Position numbers and translations under genes: made by a program. Shown here one piece after another: positions 45,655 through 55,358 of a DNA stretch of 64,000 nt (positions are counted from its first letter, which is position 1; each line of letters starts with the position of its first letter). The notes beneath the pieces were generated by a model. That model searched no databases and was not told the origin of the DNA. It saw only the letters and a program-made list of their open reading frames with translations. Source of the DNA: a virus (taxonomy: Duplodnaviria > Caudoviricetes); the IMG/VR virus record IMGVR_UViG_3300031519_004880, positions 26,017-90,016 of that record; one strand, given 5' to 3'.

Positions 45655-47448
45655 TTAATGTATGCTTGGTAGCTTACTATAGTCTACTTGATAGTATCCT
45701 GACTCGTGCATTTCAACTGCATCAGCGTACTGTGTTTCAAGTAATTCTTGAGCCATTACACCGTGTTGTACTGCATTATCCCATACATAGTTATATGTAT
45801 AAGTGTTTAAGCCATTAACTTTAGCTACAAACTTAACGTTTTCTTTCAAACGTGTATCTGAAAACCATTTCTTAACAGACTTCCAACTTTTTGTGGCTGT
45901 GTTTGCAACTGCATTAGCCGCATCAGTTGCCGCTTTATCAATAGCTCTTGTAGCACTATTAATAGCATTGCCTGCTTGGTTAATAGTGTTGTTACATGCA
46001 CTAATAGCTGTGTTACAAGCGTCTACAGTAGCGTTAGCCGCCTTTATAGCGTTGTTTGCGTTAAACACACTAGTTGTCCACTTACCTACTTCATTACCCC
46101 AATGTGCAACGTCATTAGCCGCATCAGTCATTGCTTGACCAGTTTGGTTAATTGCATCTTCAGTAGCGTTAACTGCTGTATTTGCTACTGCTACACTTTG
46201 TTTTGCAACTTTTTCTGCATTTTTAGCAACAGCTTGTGCTTGATGAGCAACTTTAACTGCTTCTTGTTGTGCTTTATCAATACCGTCAGTTACATGATTC
46301 AACGCTTCGTCAATAGTTCCGCCTGCGTTCATAATAGCGTTAGCACCATCTACTAGTGGACCAATATCAAGGTTAACATTAATGTCAACATCTAGTCCTA
46401 CAAGTAAAGCCGCTTGTCCGTCAATACCAAAGCTAATAGTTTCATCAGTATATGTAGCATGAGCTGAACCTTGAGCACCAATTTGTCCACCGATACTTGC
46501 ACCAACTCCGCCTTCAACTTCTGCTCCGCCGAAATTTGCTGACCCACTTGCGTCAACTCCAACATTAGCACCAGCAATAGCGCCGCCACCTACGTCAACT
46601 CCGTCCTTACCAACACTTGCATGACCGCCTGCTTCGGCAAATGCTTCTGCATGAGCTCCGGCTGTACCTTCTGCACCAGCGTCAACATTAACACCAGCAA
46701 TACCAACTTCGGCATCTACTGATCCTGTTGCTGTTACATCTGCACTAGCACTTGCACCAACTGTTGCCGCGGCTTCTACACCATCGCTATCAATTGATCC
46801 ACTTGCTTTTGCATGTGCTTCTGCTTCTGCTTTAGCAACTGCTTCTGCACTTGCGTCTGCTTCTGCATGTGCTGTTACACCGCCGCCTAAATCTTGACTA
46901 GCATGTGCTTCTGTGTCTGCACTTGCGCCAGCTTCTGCACTTGCATGTGCTTCTGCACCAACTGCAACTGAATGATCAGTTACTTCGTACCCTGCACTTG
47001 CTCCAGCTTCTGCGTTAGCGTGTGCTTCTGCGTTATAACTTGCGCCTGCATGTTCGTCACCTACTACTTCACCTACTGATGTTTGAATACCAGCGGCAAC
47101 TTGAATATGATACTGTGGTCTTTCAACATCTTGCACCATAGCATCTGCTTGTGCAACTTGTGATTGAGCCGCTTCAAAGTCATCATTGGCTTTTTCTTTT
47201 TGTTGAACAGCCGCTTCGTGATCGTGAATAGCTTTTTCATGTGCATCATCAGCCGCTTGTTGCTTTGCTTGTGCATTAGCTTGTTGGCTTTGAGCGTTAG
47301 CTTTTTGTGTTGTTGCGGCATCTTTTTCTGCTTGAGCACTTTTCTTATTGTTCTGTGCTTGGCTCTTTTCAGATGCCTTTTGATTCTTTTGTGCTTCGGC
47401 GTCACGTTTCTGTTGTTCCGCTCGTGCCTTATCCTGTTCTGCTGACAT
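45655..47448 (-). CDS. Ala/Gly-rich protein with C-terminal Peptidase_S74-like (intramolecular chaperone) domain
   Basis: SDTRLKENV...YTYNY...GVMAQEL at the C-terminus, coiled-coil N-terminus and a beta-repeat middle. Confidence 0.7.
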   Translation of the reverse strand: MSAEQDKARAEQQKRDAEAQKNQKASEKSQAQNNKKSAQAEKDAATTQKANAQSQQANAQAKQQAADDAHEKAIHDHEAAVQQKEKANDDFEAAQSQVAQADAMVQDVERPQYHIQVAAGIQTSVGEVVGDEHAGASYNAEAHANAEAGASAGYEVTDHSVAVGAEAHASAEAGASADTEAHASQDLGGGVTAHAEADASAEAVAKAEAEAHAKASGSIDSDGVEAAATVGASASADVTATGSVDAEVGIAGVNVDAGAEGTAGAHAEAFAEAGGHASVGKDGVDVGGGAIAGANVGVDASGSANFGGAEVEGGVGASIGGQIGAQGSAHATYTDETISFGIDGQAALLVGLDVDINVNLDIGPLVDGANAIMNAGGTIDEALNHVTDGIDKAQQEAVKVAHQAQAVAKNAEKVAKQSVAVANTAVNATEDAINQTGQAMTDAANDVAHWGNEVGKWTTSVFNANNAIKAANATVDACNTAISACNNTINQAGNAINSATRAIDKAATDAANAVANTATKSWKSVKKWFSDTRLKENVKFVAKVNGLNTYTYNYVWDNAVQHGVMAQELLETQYADAVEMHESGYYQVDYSKLPSIH

Positions 47449-47732
47449 TATCTTTGCTTCCTCTCTAGTTTGTTAATACGTTGTTCTAGCTCGTCTATCT
47501 TTCGAGCAATATTTGGATTTACTTTCTTCCATGCATTAGGATCCTGGTTAAACCAAGTCCAGCCAAAACGATCTCTAATTGTATCTAAAAAAGTGTCCCA
47601 CTTCCCAAACACCCATAATGATATGCGTGTGTCTTTCATGTATGCAATAAACAATGCTCCAAAGATAGAACCTGCAATAGCTGTGTATAACCATAGCATA
47701 TCGTTAGTCATTTCTTTTAATATTTCAAGCAT
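47448..47732 (-). CDS. Membrane protein with N-terminal TM and C-terminal coiled coil
   Basis: One TM, coupled to the S74 gene. Confidence 0.6.
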   Translation of the reverse strand: MLEILKEMTNDMLWLYTAIAGSIFGALFIAYMKDTRISLWVFGKWDTFLDTIRDRFGWTWFNQDPNAWKKVNPNIARKIDELEQRINKLERKQR

Positions 47733-47757
47733 AGTTATTCCTTAAATTATACGTGTG

Positions 47758-47765
47758 TATTTATT
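47758..47765 (-). promoter_or_regulatory. Late motif AATAAATA
   Basis: Upstream of 47732, with AAGGA RBS in between. Confidence 0.5.
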
Positions 47766-47796
47766 CAAACTCATATTCTTCTGAAGTCCACACGCA

Positions 47797-47985
47797 CTAT
47801 TTACTTCTAACAGAATCTATAAAACTATATACTCTGCCAAATTGCTTATCAATACTGAATAGATCTTGCTGAATCATAGTTACTAGAAGTTGTAGTTCTA
47901 TTAATGTTACTAAAGTCCATGTAGCTAAACCCATTAAGATTGTACCTAATAGGCCTATTAACAATGTATTAGTCTTTCTAGTCAT
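47797..47985 (-). CDS. Small TM protein
   Basis: One hydrophobic helix followed by a coiled coil. Confidence 0.55.
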   Translation of the reverse strand: MTRKTNTLLIGLLGTILMGLATWTLVTLIELQLLVTMIQQDLFSIDKQFGRVYSFIDSVRSK

Positions 47986-48371
47986 TATTTCTTTTTAGGA
48001 TCTTCGATTGTCTCGTAGTATTCTTTATATGATTTGATAATTTCGTCTTGTTGTAGCATGTATGCACGTATCTGTGCAAAGTTTTTACTTAGAGCTTCGT
48101 AACCGTCATCTGTTAATCCAAACAACACAGGATCTACTCCACCTGCTTTAAGTTTAGCAAACACTTCGTCTGCATTATCAGATGTAATAATAGTCCATTT
48201 AATTTCTTCTAGCTTTGGAGTTAACGGTAGAGGCAACGCAAGAGGTTCTCTAGGAACTTCTGTTTTAAAGATTTCTAGATGCTTAACAGAACTACATCCA
48301 CTAATAAGGAATGTACTTAGGATTAGCAATACTAGGACACTCTGAGTTGATTTCAGACTTTTTAGTAGCAT
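47985..48371 (-). CDS. o-spanin-like lipoprotein
   Basis: Lipobox LISG-C, Pro-rich segment, overlaps the i-spanin 3' end. Confidence 0.7.
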   Translation of the reverse strand: MLLKSLKSTQSVLVLLILSTFLISGCSSVKHLEIFKTEVPREPLALPLPLTPKLEEIKWTIITSDNADEVFAKLKAGGVDPVLFGLTDDGYEALSKNFAQIRAYMLQQDEIIKSYKEYYETIEDPKKK

Positions 48372-48786
48372 TTTTCTCTTTCTCCGTTAATGGTGACCCC
48401 ATAGCAATTTCTACACATCTCATTGCTTTTGTAGTTGCACCGTTAATAACTCGTTCAACTGATTTAGGACGTTCATCTGCAAGTTTGCCTATGTCACGTA
48501 CTTCACCTTGACCGTTAATTTTATTAAAGCGTTTATCCAACGCTGTAAATTCAGCTTTTAATGATTTGTTTTGTGCATCTAAGTTAGCTGTAATTTTTCT
48601 TTGTGATTCAAAGTCAGCTTTTGCTTGGGCAATCACTTCTTTTTGACTTTCAACACTTTGTTCTAACTTCAAATTGTTTGCTTCTGATGTTGCAAGATCT
48701 GACTTTAAAGTTTTAACGTAAACTACTCCGCCACCAGCACCGGCTAACATTATTAATACCATTGCAATCTTGATTGAACTAAACAT
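48301..48786 (-). CDS. i-spanin
   Basis: N-terminal TM plus coiled coil, directly after the endolysin. Confidence 0.7.
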   Translation of the reverse strand: MFSSIKIAMVLIMLAGAGGGVVYVKTLKSDLATSEANNLKLEQSVESQKEVIAQAKADFESQRKITANLDAQNKSLKAEFTALDKRFNKINGQGEVRDIGKLADERPKSVERVINGATTKAMRCVEIAMGSPLTEKEKNATKKSEINSECPSIANPKYIPY

Positions 48787-48791
48787 AGTGT

Positions 48792-49640
48792 TTACCCTAG
48801 TAACTTTTTTATTGTATTTGGTCCTACTATTCCGTCAGCAGTTAGGCCGTTAGCACCTTGCCATTCTTTAACAATACGTGCAGTACCTGGACCAAAGATG
48901 CCATCAGCAGGTGAAATATCAAGTTTCTCTTGTACTTCTGCTACTAGTGGACCACGTGATCCTACTCGAATAGTTTGATTATAATCAACTGTTGGTTCTT
49001 CATAGTCGCCACCTAGTACATCTAAAGCATGTATGTAATGTTTCTTACGATCTTCTAAACCAATTGTACCACCGTTGATACGTTTCGTTGCTCCGACAAT
49101 GTCTTGACCGTCACAATATTTGTTTAAGCCGTTTGTATCCCAGAACCAACATGCTGAGTCTAGTGCGCCTTTCTTTGTGCGTACATAATCAGTTGCTTCT
49201 TCTGGTGACATTTCAACTGCTTTACTAAATTCTGTATAGTTGTAACGTCCAGTTAGCTGTAGTATACCACCACCTCTAAATCTCCAACCGTCACCACTAG
49301 CAGTATCGCCGTTGTCCATGCGTGAAGCGTAAATAACGTTTGCAATTTTTTCTGGTTGTCTGTGATATGGTTGGGGGTCTCTTCCTGCTCGTACAAAGTA
49401 CTTGCCGAATATTTTATTTAATGCACTTGCACTATAATTTAAGTTTTCGCTTAGTGTTCTAAAGCCACCACTTTCGTGTCCACACTGAGCAACAAACATA
49501 GCAACTCTTTCAATGGAATCTACTTCCCATAACGGAAGTATTTCAAGCATTGCTTCATACCAATCCTTCCAATCATCTCTATGGATAAGCTCTTCAGCCA
49601 TCCAAGGTTCAAAGTCGAATTTAAAATGTTCTTTGGCCAT
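48792..49640 (-). CDS. GH19 endolysin with C-terminal peptidoglycan-binding domain
   Basis: AQCGHESGGF..ENLNYS, RGGGILQLTG, INGG..GL.DR and ADGIFGPGT/ADGIVGPNT. Confidence 0.9.
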   Translation of the reverse strand: MAKEHFKFDFEPWMAEELIHRDDWKDWYEAMLEILPLWEVDSIERVAMFVAQCGHESGGFRTLSENLNYSASALNKIFGKYFVRAGRDPQPYHRQPEKIANVIYASRMDNGDTASGDGWRFRGGGILQLTGRYNYTEFSKAVEMSPEEATDYVRTKKGALDSACWFWDTNGLNKYCDGQDIVGATKRINGGTIGLEDRKKHYIHALDVLGGDYEEPTVDYNQTIRVGSRGPLVAEVQEKLDISPADGIFGPGTARIVKEWQGANGLTADGIVGPNTIKKLLG

Positions 49641-49652
49641 TCTCTAGGTTTC

Positions 49653-50363
49653 CTATTTTTTAAGGACTACTGTATAACCATTATTTTCAATTAACAGTTT
49701 ATCTCCATACTTGCCTATATTGTAGTCTCCAATATATTTAGTAAGGAAAATTACTTCTGGAAAAGAATTGACATCATATTTCTCAGTAATCGTCTCATTA
49801 ATCTCTATAGTTTTGCCAAAATCTAACACGTTGTATGTAAGTGGTTCTGTCCATATTTTGGTAAATTTAATTCTGTTTTCAACTAGGTCAATACTATCAA
49901 TGTAACTCTTATTAAAGAAGTTCTTATAGTTGTCCATGTTACTTTCGTTAACTTTAATCTCGTAGTCAGCTTTGTCTAACGGAATAGTTTCACCTAGTGC
50001 TTCCATTCCTGCATCTTGACTCTTAAAACTTTTATAATAACGGAATTTAAATTTATCAATACTAGCTAGTTTGCCTACACCGTCTAGCATCTCAATAATC
50101 TGAGTTGGAACATCTTTCATACGTTCAATTTCAACAAATACTTTATATGTACCGTCTGTTTGTTCGCCTGATGTAACATCAGCATCTAATACAAAAGGAT
50201 AACCTTTCTCAAAGAAATTCATTAAGTCTTTTGCTGGTGCTTGTGACATGCAACTAAAACTGCATACTACAATATCCTTGTCATCACCCATTTTACTTTT
50301 GAAACTATCAATTTCAAAGATAGGTAATATTAAATCGTTAAGGTCGCCTGCTTGTAATCCCAT
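49653..50363 (-). CDS. Hypothetical late protein
   Basis: TAATG coupling. Confidence 0.6.
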   Translation of the reverse strand: MGLQAGDLNDLILPIFEIDSFKSKMGDDKDIVVCSFSCMSQAPAKDLMNFFEKGYPFVLDADVTSGEQTDGTYKVFVEIERMKDVPTQIIEMLDGVGKLASIDKFKFRYYKSFKSQDAGMEALGETIPLDKADYEIKVNESNMDNYKNFFNKSYIDSIDLVENRIKFTKIWTEPLTYNVLDFGKTIEINETITEKYDVNSFPEVIFLTKYIGDYNIGKYGDKLLIENNGYTVVLKK

Positions 50364-50884
50364 TATACTGCTCCGCCTTCAACTGCGGCAGTTTCGCCTT
50401 CTTGTGCTATATCATCAATTGCTGGCTGTGTTGTTGCTACTGCTGGTTCTTTAACATAATCTAACTGTTCAGCATAACCACTATAGATATTTAATATAAG
50501 TTCTTTAGGCATTTTGATAGTAACTACCCAAACAGGTTCTCTATCTAGCTTGCCTTTTTTAGTACCAGGTCTAACATCATCTGGTTCTTTAATCTTTCTA
50601 GGTTTTAATACCGCAGTCTTTTCGTATGACACATAACAGTCATAGTCTAGCAATCTCTTGCCACCTGCAGGGTCTGGCATTTTATCCTTAGGCCACATAA
50701 ACGAAGCACTTACCCAGTGCCTAGTAATCATTGGTCCTTCGACTAATTCACCATCTTCCCAATTAGCATAAACGTAGAGGTCTAGTTCGTCTAATACTCT
50801 TTCGAAATCTTTTAATACACTCAAAGCGGTGTCGCTTTCGTATATACTTTCGATGTTACTAATAATGTCTAATACGTCACGCAT
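50363..50884 (-). CDS. Hypothetical late protein
   Basis: Probable start MRDVLD at 50884. Confidence 0.6.
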   Translation of the reverse strand: MRDVLDIISNIESIYESDTALSVLKDFERVLDELDLYVYANWEDGELVEGPMITRHWVSASFMWPKDKMPDPAGGKRLLDYDCYVSYEKTAVLKPRKIKEPDDVRPGTKKGKLDREPVWVVTIKMPKELILNIYSGYAEQLDYVKEPAVATTQPAIDDIAQEGETAAVEGGAV

Positions 50885-50911
50885 GTTGTTTCTCACCTAT
50901 TCTTATACACT

Positions 50912-50919
50912 TATTTATC
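50912..50919 (-). promoter_or_regulatory. Late motif GATAAATA
   Basis: In the divergent intergenic region. Confidence 0.55.
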
Positions 50920-51040
50920 CGACTACGATCTATAAGTGTGCAGTTTTGTCTTGTCTACTCGATGGTAAATATTTATGTAGGACAGTTAAATGTGAATCTA
51001 CAGTGACTGTCTTTATATTAACTCATGAAGGAGGAACTTA

Positions 51041-51766
51041 ATGGGTGCTAAAAGACGAGCTATTAAGGCTCATAAACCCCAAGCTAATAACAATAACGTT
51101 GTTAGTTTTCAAAAACCACAATCAAAACCAATCAATATACTTCCTAGAAACAAAAACCAAGAAACATATATGCTAAAACTGTTGGACCCGATGAAATACA
51201 TAGTATTCGGTGTTGGTCCTGCGGGAACCGGTAAGACCCTACTTGCGGTCCAGGTGGCTATTAAGTTATTCAAGGAAGGCGTTATTGATAAGATTGTTGT
51301 AACAAGACCCGCTGTGTCAGCTGACGAAGATCTAGGCTTTTTACCTGGAACTATGGAAGAGAAAATGGCACCGTGGACACGTCCGATCTTTGATGTTTTT
51401 AAAGAGTACTTTACTCAGAAAGAAATAGAAGGCATGATGTACGATGGTGTAATTGAAATTTCACCGTTATCATATATGCGAGGACGTACTTTCAAAAAGT
51501 CAATTATTGTTGCTGACGAAATGCAAAATGCAACGCGAAATCAAATGAAAATGCTACTTACTAGAATCGGCGAACACTCGCAAATGATAGTAACAGGTGA
51601 TTTGGCACAAGCAGATAGAATGGATCAGAACGGTTTATTGGACTTTATTAAATCTTTAGAACAATATAGAGAAACTACACACATTGACATAGTCAGGTTC
51701 CAAACCCATGATATCGAAAGGCATGATGCAGTTAGAGAAGTTCTAGCTGTTTACGGCGACGAATAG
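51041..51766 (+). CDS. phoH: PhoH-like ATPase
   Basis: GPAGTGKT, RPAV, LGFLPG, YMRGRT, DEMQN and TGD..Q.D. RBS AAGGAGG. Confidence 0.93.
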   Translation: MGAKRRAIKAHKPQANNNNVVSFQKPQSKPINILPRNKNQETYMLKLLDPMKYIVFGVGPAGTGKTLLAVQVAIKLFKEGVIDKIVVTRPAVSADEDLGFLPGTMEEKMAPWTRPIFDVFKEYFTQKEIEGMMYDGVIEISPLSYMRGRTFKKSIIVADEMQNATRNQMKMLLTRIGEHSQMIVTGDLAQADRMDQNGLLDFIKSLEQYRETTHIDIVRFQTHDIERHDAVREVLAVYGDE

Positions 51767-51768
51767 TA

Positions 51769-52524
51769 TTATTTTTCACCAGGAAGATCTGTATCGTTTT
51801 GATCGACGATATAGGTCTTCTTAACGTGTTGCCATTTAGACCAACCATTAAAGATTATTTTTTGTAATCCAATAATTGCATTGTGTCTATCAACACTTGT
51901 TTTGCTCAGGTCACCTGTGCGAGCAACAACTGTTTCTCTCTTAATAGGAATCAGTTGACACAAAGGTTCACCCATTTTAATGAATGTGGGCTTAATCTCT
52001 TTTAACATAATGTTAATAGGACTAATTAACGCACCTACATCATGATCAATAATACCTGGAATTGCTTCGTAGTTCCTATCCTCATGAAAGAACAAGGGTT
52101 GATACATTACACTCCAGTTAGCTTTACTCCATATTTTCCAAGGACAGTCTAACTTAACTGCGGCTCGTACTCCAAACTTCCGTAAAACTTGTGATATAGG
52201 ATTGTCTACCTGATCCGGTGGATGCCAAGCACTATTATAACTGTCATCACTATAACGTGTTTCTACAAAGTTACCACAATCGCTAGGAACAATTTCCATA
52301 TCACACCAAGCAGGAATAATAAACCCTGTTTTCATATAATCACCAATACCAGGACACGCTTTTACAGTTTGATCACTGTCAATTTTGTGCTGTTCTTTTT
52401 TAGTGAAGGTCGGCATCTTCTTCCAAGACGCTGGCATAAACTCACCAGCCGGTCTAATAGGTGCATGTTTACGTACAGCCCACCTTTCAGTTTCAAAAAA
52501 TATTACTGGTTCTGGATTATTCAT
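51769..52524 (-). CDS. Hypothetical protein (CP-motif family)
   Basis: CPGIGDYMKTGFIIPAWCD and GEPLCQLIP. Confidence 0.55.
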   Translation of the reverse strand: MNNPEPVIFFETERWAVRKHAPIRPAGEFMPASWKKMPTFTKKEQHKIDSDQTVKACPGIGDYMKTGFIIPAWCDMEIVPSDCGNFVETRYSDDSYNSAWHPPDQVDNPISQVLRKFGVRAAVKLDCPWKIWSKANWSVMYQPLFFHEDRNYEAIPGIIDHDVGALISPINIMLKEIKPTFIKMGEPLCQLIPIKRETVVARTGDLSKTSVDRHNAIIGLQKIIFNGWSKWQHVKKTYIVDQNDTDLPGEK

Positions 52525-53185
52525 TAATTGTTTCCATTAAAGGAAATATCTCCGCAATTACTTTTGCACATGCATGAGCAATTTCCATATGTTCTTTTTG
52601 TGTACCGTTAGCACCACGTAGATCAATATAATGTACCCAACTACGAATACTACCTTGCATGTATAGTGTTGTCTTTGTAAGACCTTCGGGTAATACCTTA
52701 CGTGCTTGTTCTTTAGCAATACCTTTTTTAATAGCCCAGTCGTATTCTTTCTTAGCTAGTACTGCAATACGTCTTTGTGCCCAATCCCATTCTTGTTGTA
52801 GCTTTGTATCATCTACTTCAACTGAGTTTTGTCTGTTCTTTGGGTCTTGTAAACGAGCTTCACTATACTCAAACATGTCGCCTTGTTCTTCAGGGTTAGC
52901 ATAACGCTGACTAAACTCTTGAAAGGCAAAACTACGATGACGTACAATTTGATGTGCAATGTCACGTGTTGTTTTAATCTCAAGTGTAGCATTAACCATC
53001 TCTAATGGTGACCAATGTTGATGTTTGATTAGGTATTTAATTAATCGTTCGCTAGTTGCTGTGTTAATTTGTGCGGAAGGGTTACTTACTTTTGCACAAA
53101 ATGCAATAAGCTCTTGCAGATCTGTTAAACCTTCTGCTTCAAACTCTGGTGTCGCTTTGCTGTGTGCTACTAATCTAGCTCTCAT
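52517..53185 (-). CDS. thyX: Flavin-dependent thymidylate synthase
   Basis: HWSPLE, RHRSFAFQEFSQRY and HYIDLR. Confidence 0.93.
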   Translation of the reverse strand: MRARLVAHSKATPEFEAEGLTDLQELIAFCAKVSNPSAQINTATSERLIKYLIKHQHWSPLEMVNATLEIKTTRDIAHQIVRHRSFAFQEFSQRYANPEEQGDMFEYSEARLQDPKNRQNSVEVDDTKLQQEWDWAQRRIAVLAKKEYDWAIKKGIAKEQARKVLPEGLTKTTLYMQGSIRSWVHYIDLRGANGTQKEHMEIAHACAKVIAEIFPLMETINE

Positions 53186-53366
53186 TTTTTAAATCCTTTA
53201 TTCTTTGTTCTAACCAACTAATGGCTGTGTGTATATGTCCTGTGTCGTGTTCACGCAGACATGATTTAGCATATTGTACTTCCCTTTCCAATATACTTAC
53301 TTGTATAAGGTTACCAGAAAAATCTTTTTGAGTCTGTTTCCTGCCACCCACTAACCAGTTCTCCAA
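53175..53366 (-). CDS. Hypothetical protein
   Basis: Overlaps both neighbours. Confidence 0.45.
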   Translation of the reverse strand: MENWLVGGRKQTQKDFSGNLIQVSILEREVQYAKSCLREHDTGHIHTAISWLEQRIKDLKNES

Positions 53367-53695
53367 ATAACATGAACACCAAATTCAGTTATAAATGGGT
53401 GTGGTCCTAATTCTCCAATGGGAATTTGGTTACATGCTGTAGTAAATTCTAACACCATGTCAGCTGGTTCAAACCACCCTAGTTCACCACCTTTGTCCTT
53501 GCTTGGACACGCTGAATTTTCTCTTGCTAATTGATCAAACGAAACTCCACCGGCTTGTAATTCTTTAGTAATACGCTCGCCTTCTTTCATTGCTTCACCG
53601 ACGCCTCTACTATGTGTAGAGTTTTTTGCACCTTTGTACGACAATAAAATATGACTTGCTCTCATTTTCTTAAATGATTTTAACACATTGCTCAT
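53351..53695 (-). CDS. Parvulin-type peptidyl-prolyl isomerase (PpiC-like)
   Basis: RASHILL, F..LA..S.CPS..KGGELGWF and FGVHVI. Confidence 0.88.
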   Translation of the reverse strand: MSNVLKSFKKMRASHILLSYKGAKNSTHSRGVGEAMKEGERITKELQAGGVSFDQLARENSACPSKDKGGELGWFEPADMVLEFTTACNQIPIGELGPHPFITEFGVHVIWRTG

Positions 53696-53701
53696 TCTGT
53701 A

Positions 53702-54022
53702 CTAATCTCCTTGTCCTGGTTCTTCCGATATGCCAGCGATGATCGGAATTCTATCTGCCAACACATCTTCCGGTCTTGCTTGTGTAATGTTGGGCCATAT
53801 ATTACTATATTTACTGTTAAGTGCTAGCCAGGTTCCATCATCTTGGCTATCTGTAATAATAGCATCTACGGGACACTCTGGTTGACAAACGCCACAGTCA
53901 ATACATTCGTCTGGATTAATAACTAGCATATTTTCACCTTCGTAAAAGCAGTCAACTGGACAAACTTCTACACACGTCATATGTTTGCAGTTTGCACAAT
54001 CGTCGTTTACTAAGTATGTCAT
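53702..54022 (-). CDS. fdxA: FdxA-type 7Fe ferredoxin
   Basis: [21 protein letters not shown] and [16 protein letters not shown]...WPNIT. Confidence 0.9.
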   Translation of the reverse strand: MTYLVNDDCANCKHMTCVEVCPVDCFYEGENMLVINPDECIDCGVCQPECPVDAIITDSQDDGTWLALNSKYSNIWPNITQARPEDVLADRIPIIAGISEEPGQGD

Positions 54023-54936
54023 TATAACCTCGCTAGTTTAATCAATGTAGCGGCTAAGTTAATTTCTGGATCAACAACTAATGTATGATCTACTAAGCCT
54101 TGTTTAATAACCATAATAGCCTTGTCTTGCTTATCGTCATCTCCAAACAACTCAATGTTGTCATACAACCAACGATAAACTTCTTCCATCTCTTCTGCTC
54201 TTGCACTTGCACAAACAAGTTTACGTGCTTCAGTAATCTTACCTGCTTTAAACAATGCAACCATATCAAGTTTCCAATCAGCTTCTGTTTTATCAGCTTC
54301 ATTGGGCTTTACTAGTTCGCCATCTTGCGAGTTCATCTGTACCATGTTAATACATTTACGTAAGTCTGGGTAAGTTGCTTTTACATAGGTGTCTAGTGTG
54401 TCTAAGTCTGGTGTTACACCTTCTGTAATAAGAATCTGTGCAACACGAGCAGTAAACTCTGTTTGATCTACTTTTGCAATATGAAAGCCCTGACAACGTG
54501 AATGTAGTGCAGGAATAATTCTGTTAGGATAGTTACAAGTTAAAATAAATCTACTTGTAGTATGATACTCCTCCATCACTCCACGTAGTGCCGCTTGTGC
54601 GTTCGGCGACAAATAGTCAGCCTCGTCAAGTAGTACAACTTTAAAATCACCAAAAGGTATCATCTGCACAAAGTTAACAATCTTATTTCTAACTTCATCT
54701 ACAGAGTTTGTTCGACTTGCGTTAATTTCTAGTATGTCTAAATCATTTAGCTCTAGTTCGTTAAACAATAGTTTAGCAAGTGTTGTCTTACCAATACCTG
54801 CGTTACCACTAAACAGCAAATGCGGAATAGTCTTGTCTTTAATCCAAGTTTGTATTTGTTTCTTCTGATGTTCATCTCTGAACACATAACCGTCTACTGT
54901 TTTAGGACGATACTTTTCTACCCATAGTTCTTTCAT
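54022..54936 (-). CDS. Clamp loader ATPase subunit (gp44/RFC-like)
   Basis: [19 protein letters not shown] and SRC. Confidence 0.92.
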   Translation of the reverse strand: MKELWVEKYRPKTVDGYVFRDEHQKKQIQTWIKDKTIPHLLFSGNAGIGKTTLAKLLFNELELNDLDILEINASRTNSVDEVRNKIVNFVQMIPFGDFKVVLLDEADYLSPNAQAALRGVMEEYHTTSRFILTCNYPNRIIPALHSRCQGFHIAKVDQTEFTARVAQILITEGVTPDLDTLDTYVKATYPDLRKCINMVQMNSQDGELVKPNEADKTEADWKLDMVALFKAGKITEARKLVCASARAEEMEEVYRWLYDNIELFGDDDKQDKAIMVIKQGLVDHTLVVDPEINLAATLIKLARL

Positions 54937-55358
54937 GTTTTCTGTGCCTCGCTTATTCGTTTTCTCAAATTAGATGTACTAAATGAGTGTTGTCTTTTAT
55001 TATAATACAATTCTATCTCTTTGTCAACACAAATCTGCTTACCTGTAAAGTCTTTATCACGGTATTCTTCCCCAATAAATCTACGATCCAACGTATATGT
55101 TAGTAATATATCGTTTAGATCTTGTTCTGTAGCATAGGGAATAATTTCATCGATATACTTACAACCTTTTAATTGAACATATCGTTCGAACACACTTTGA
55201 ATAGGTTTATTCTTTTCTGGTCGATCAATAGTTGGATCTGTTTGTAATCCTACAATCAAATAGTCGCAATTCTCACTTGCTTCTTTAAGCATAGCAACGT
55301 GTCCGCTATGAAATAAATCAAAACTACTAAATGTAATACCTGAGTTGTACTCTGTCAT
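54933..55358 (-). CDS. Glycerol-3-phosphate cytidylyltransferase (TagD-like)
   Basis: FDLFHSGH, YLIVGLQTD and STS.LR. Confidence 0.85.
   Translation of the reverse strand: MTEYNSGITFSSFDLFHSGHVAMLKEASENCDYLIVGLQTDPTIDRPEKNKPIQSVFERYVQLKGCKYIDEIIPYATEQDLNDILLTYTLDRRFIGEEYRDKDFTGKQICVDKEIELYYNKRQHSFSTSNLRKRISEAQKT

Noticed and set aside
45803-47445. Several extra ORFs over the S74 gene
   Set aside because: They are shadow frames produced by the repetitive GCN/GCW-rich coding sequence.
356-50896. Long N-terminal extensions in the ORF track (starts 356, 2492, 9702, 13458, 15978, 25213, 28700, 33070, 39341, 50896)
   Set aside because: Downstream starts fit the RBS, promoter position or stop/start overlaps better.
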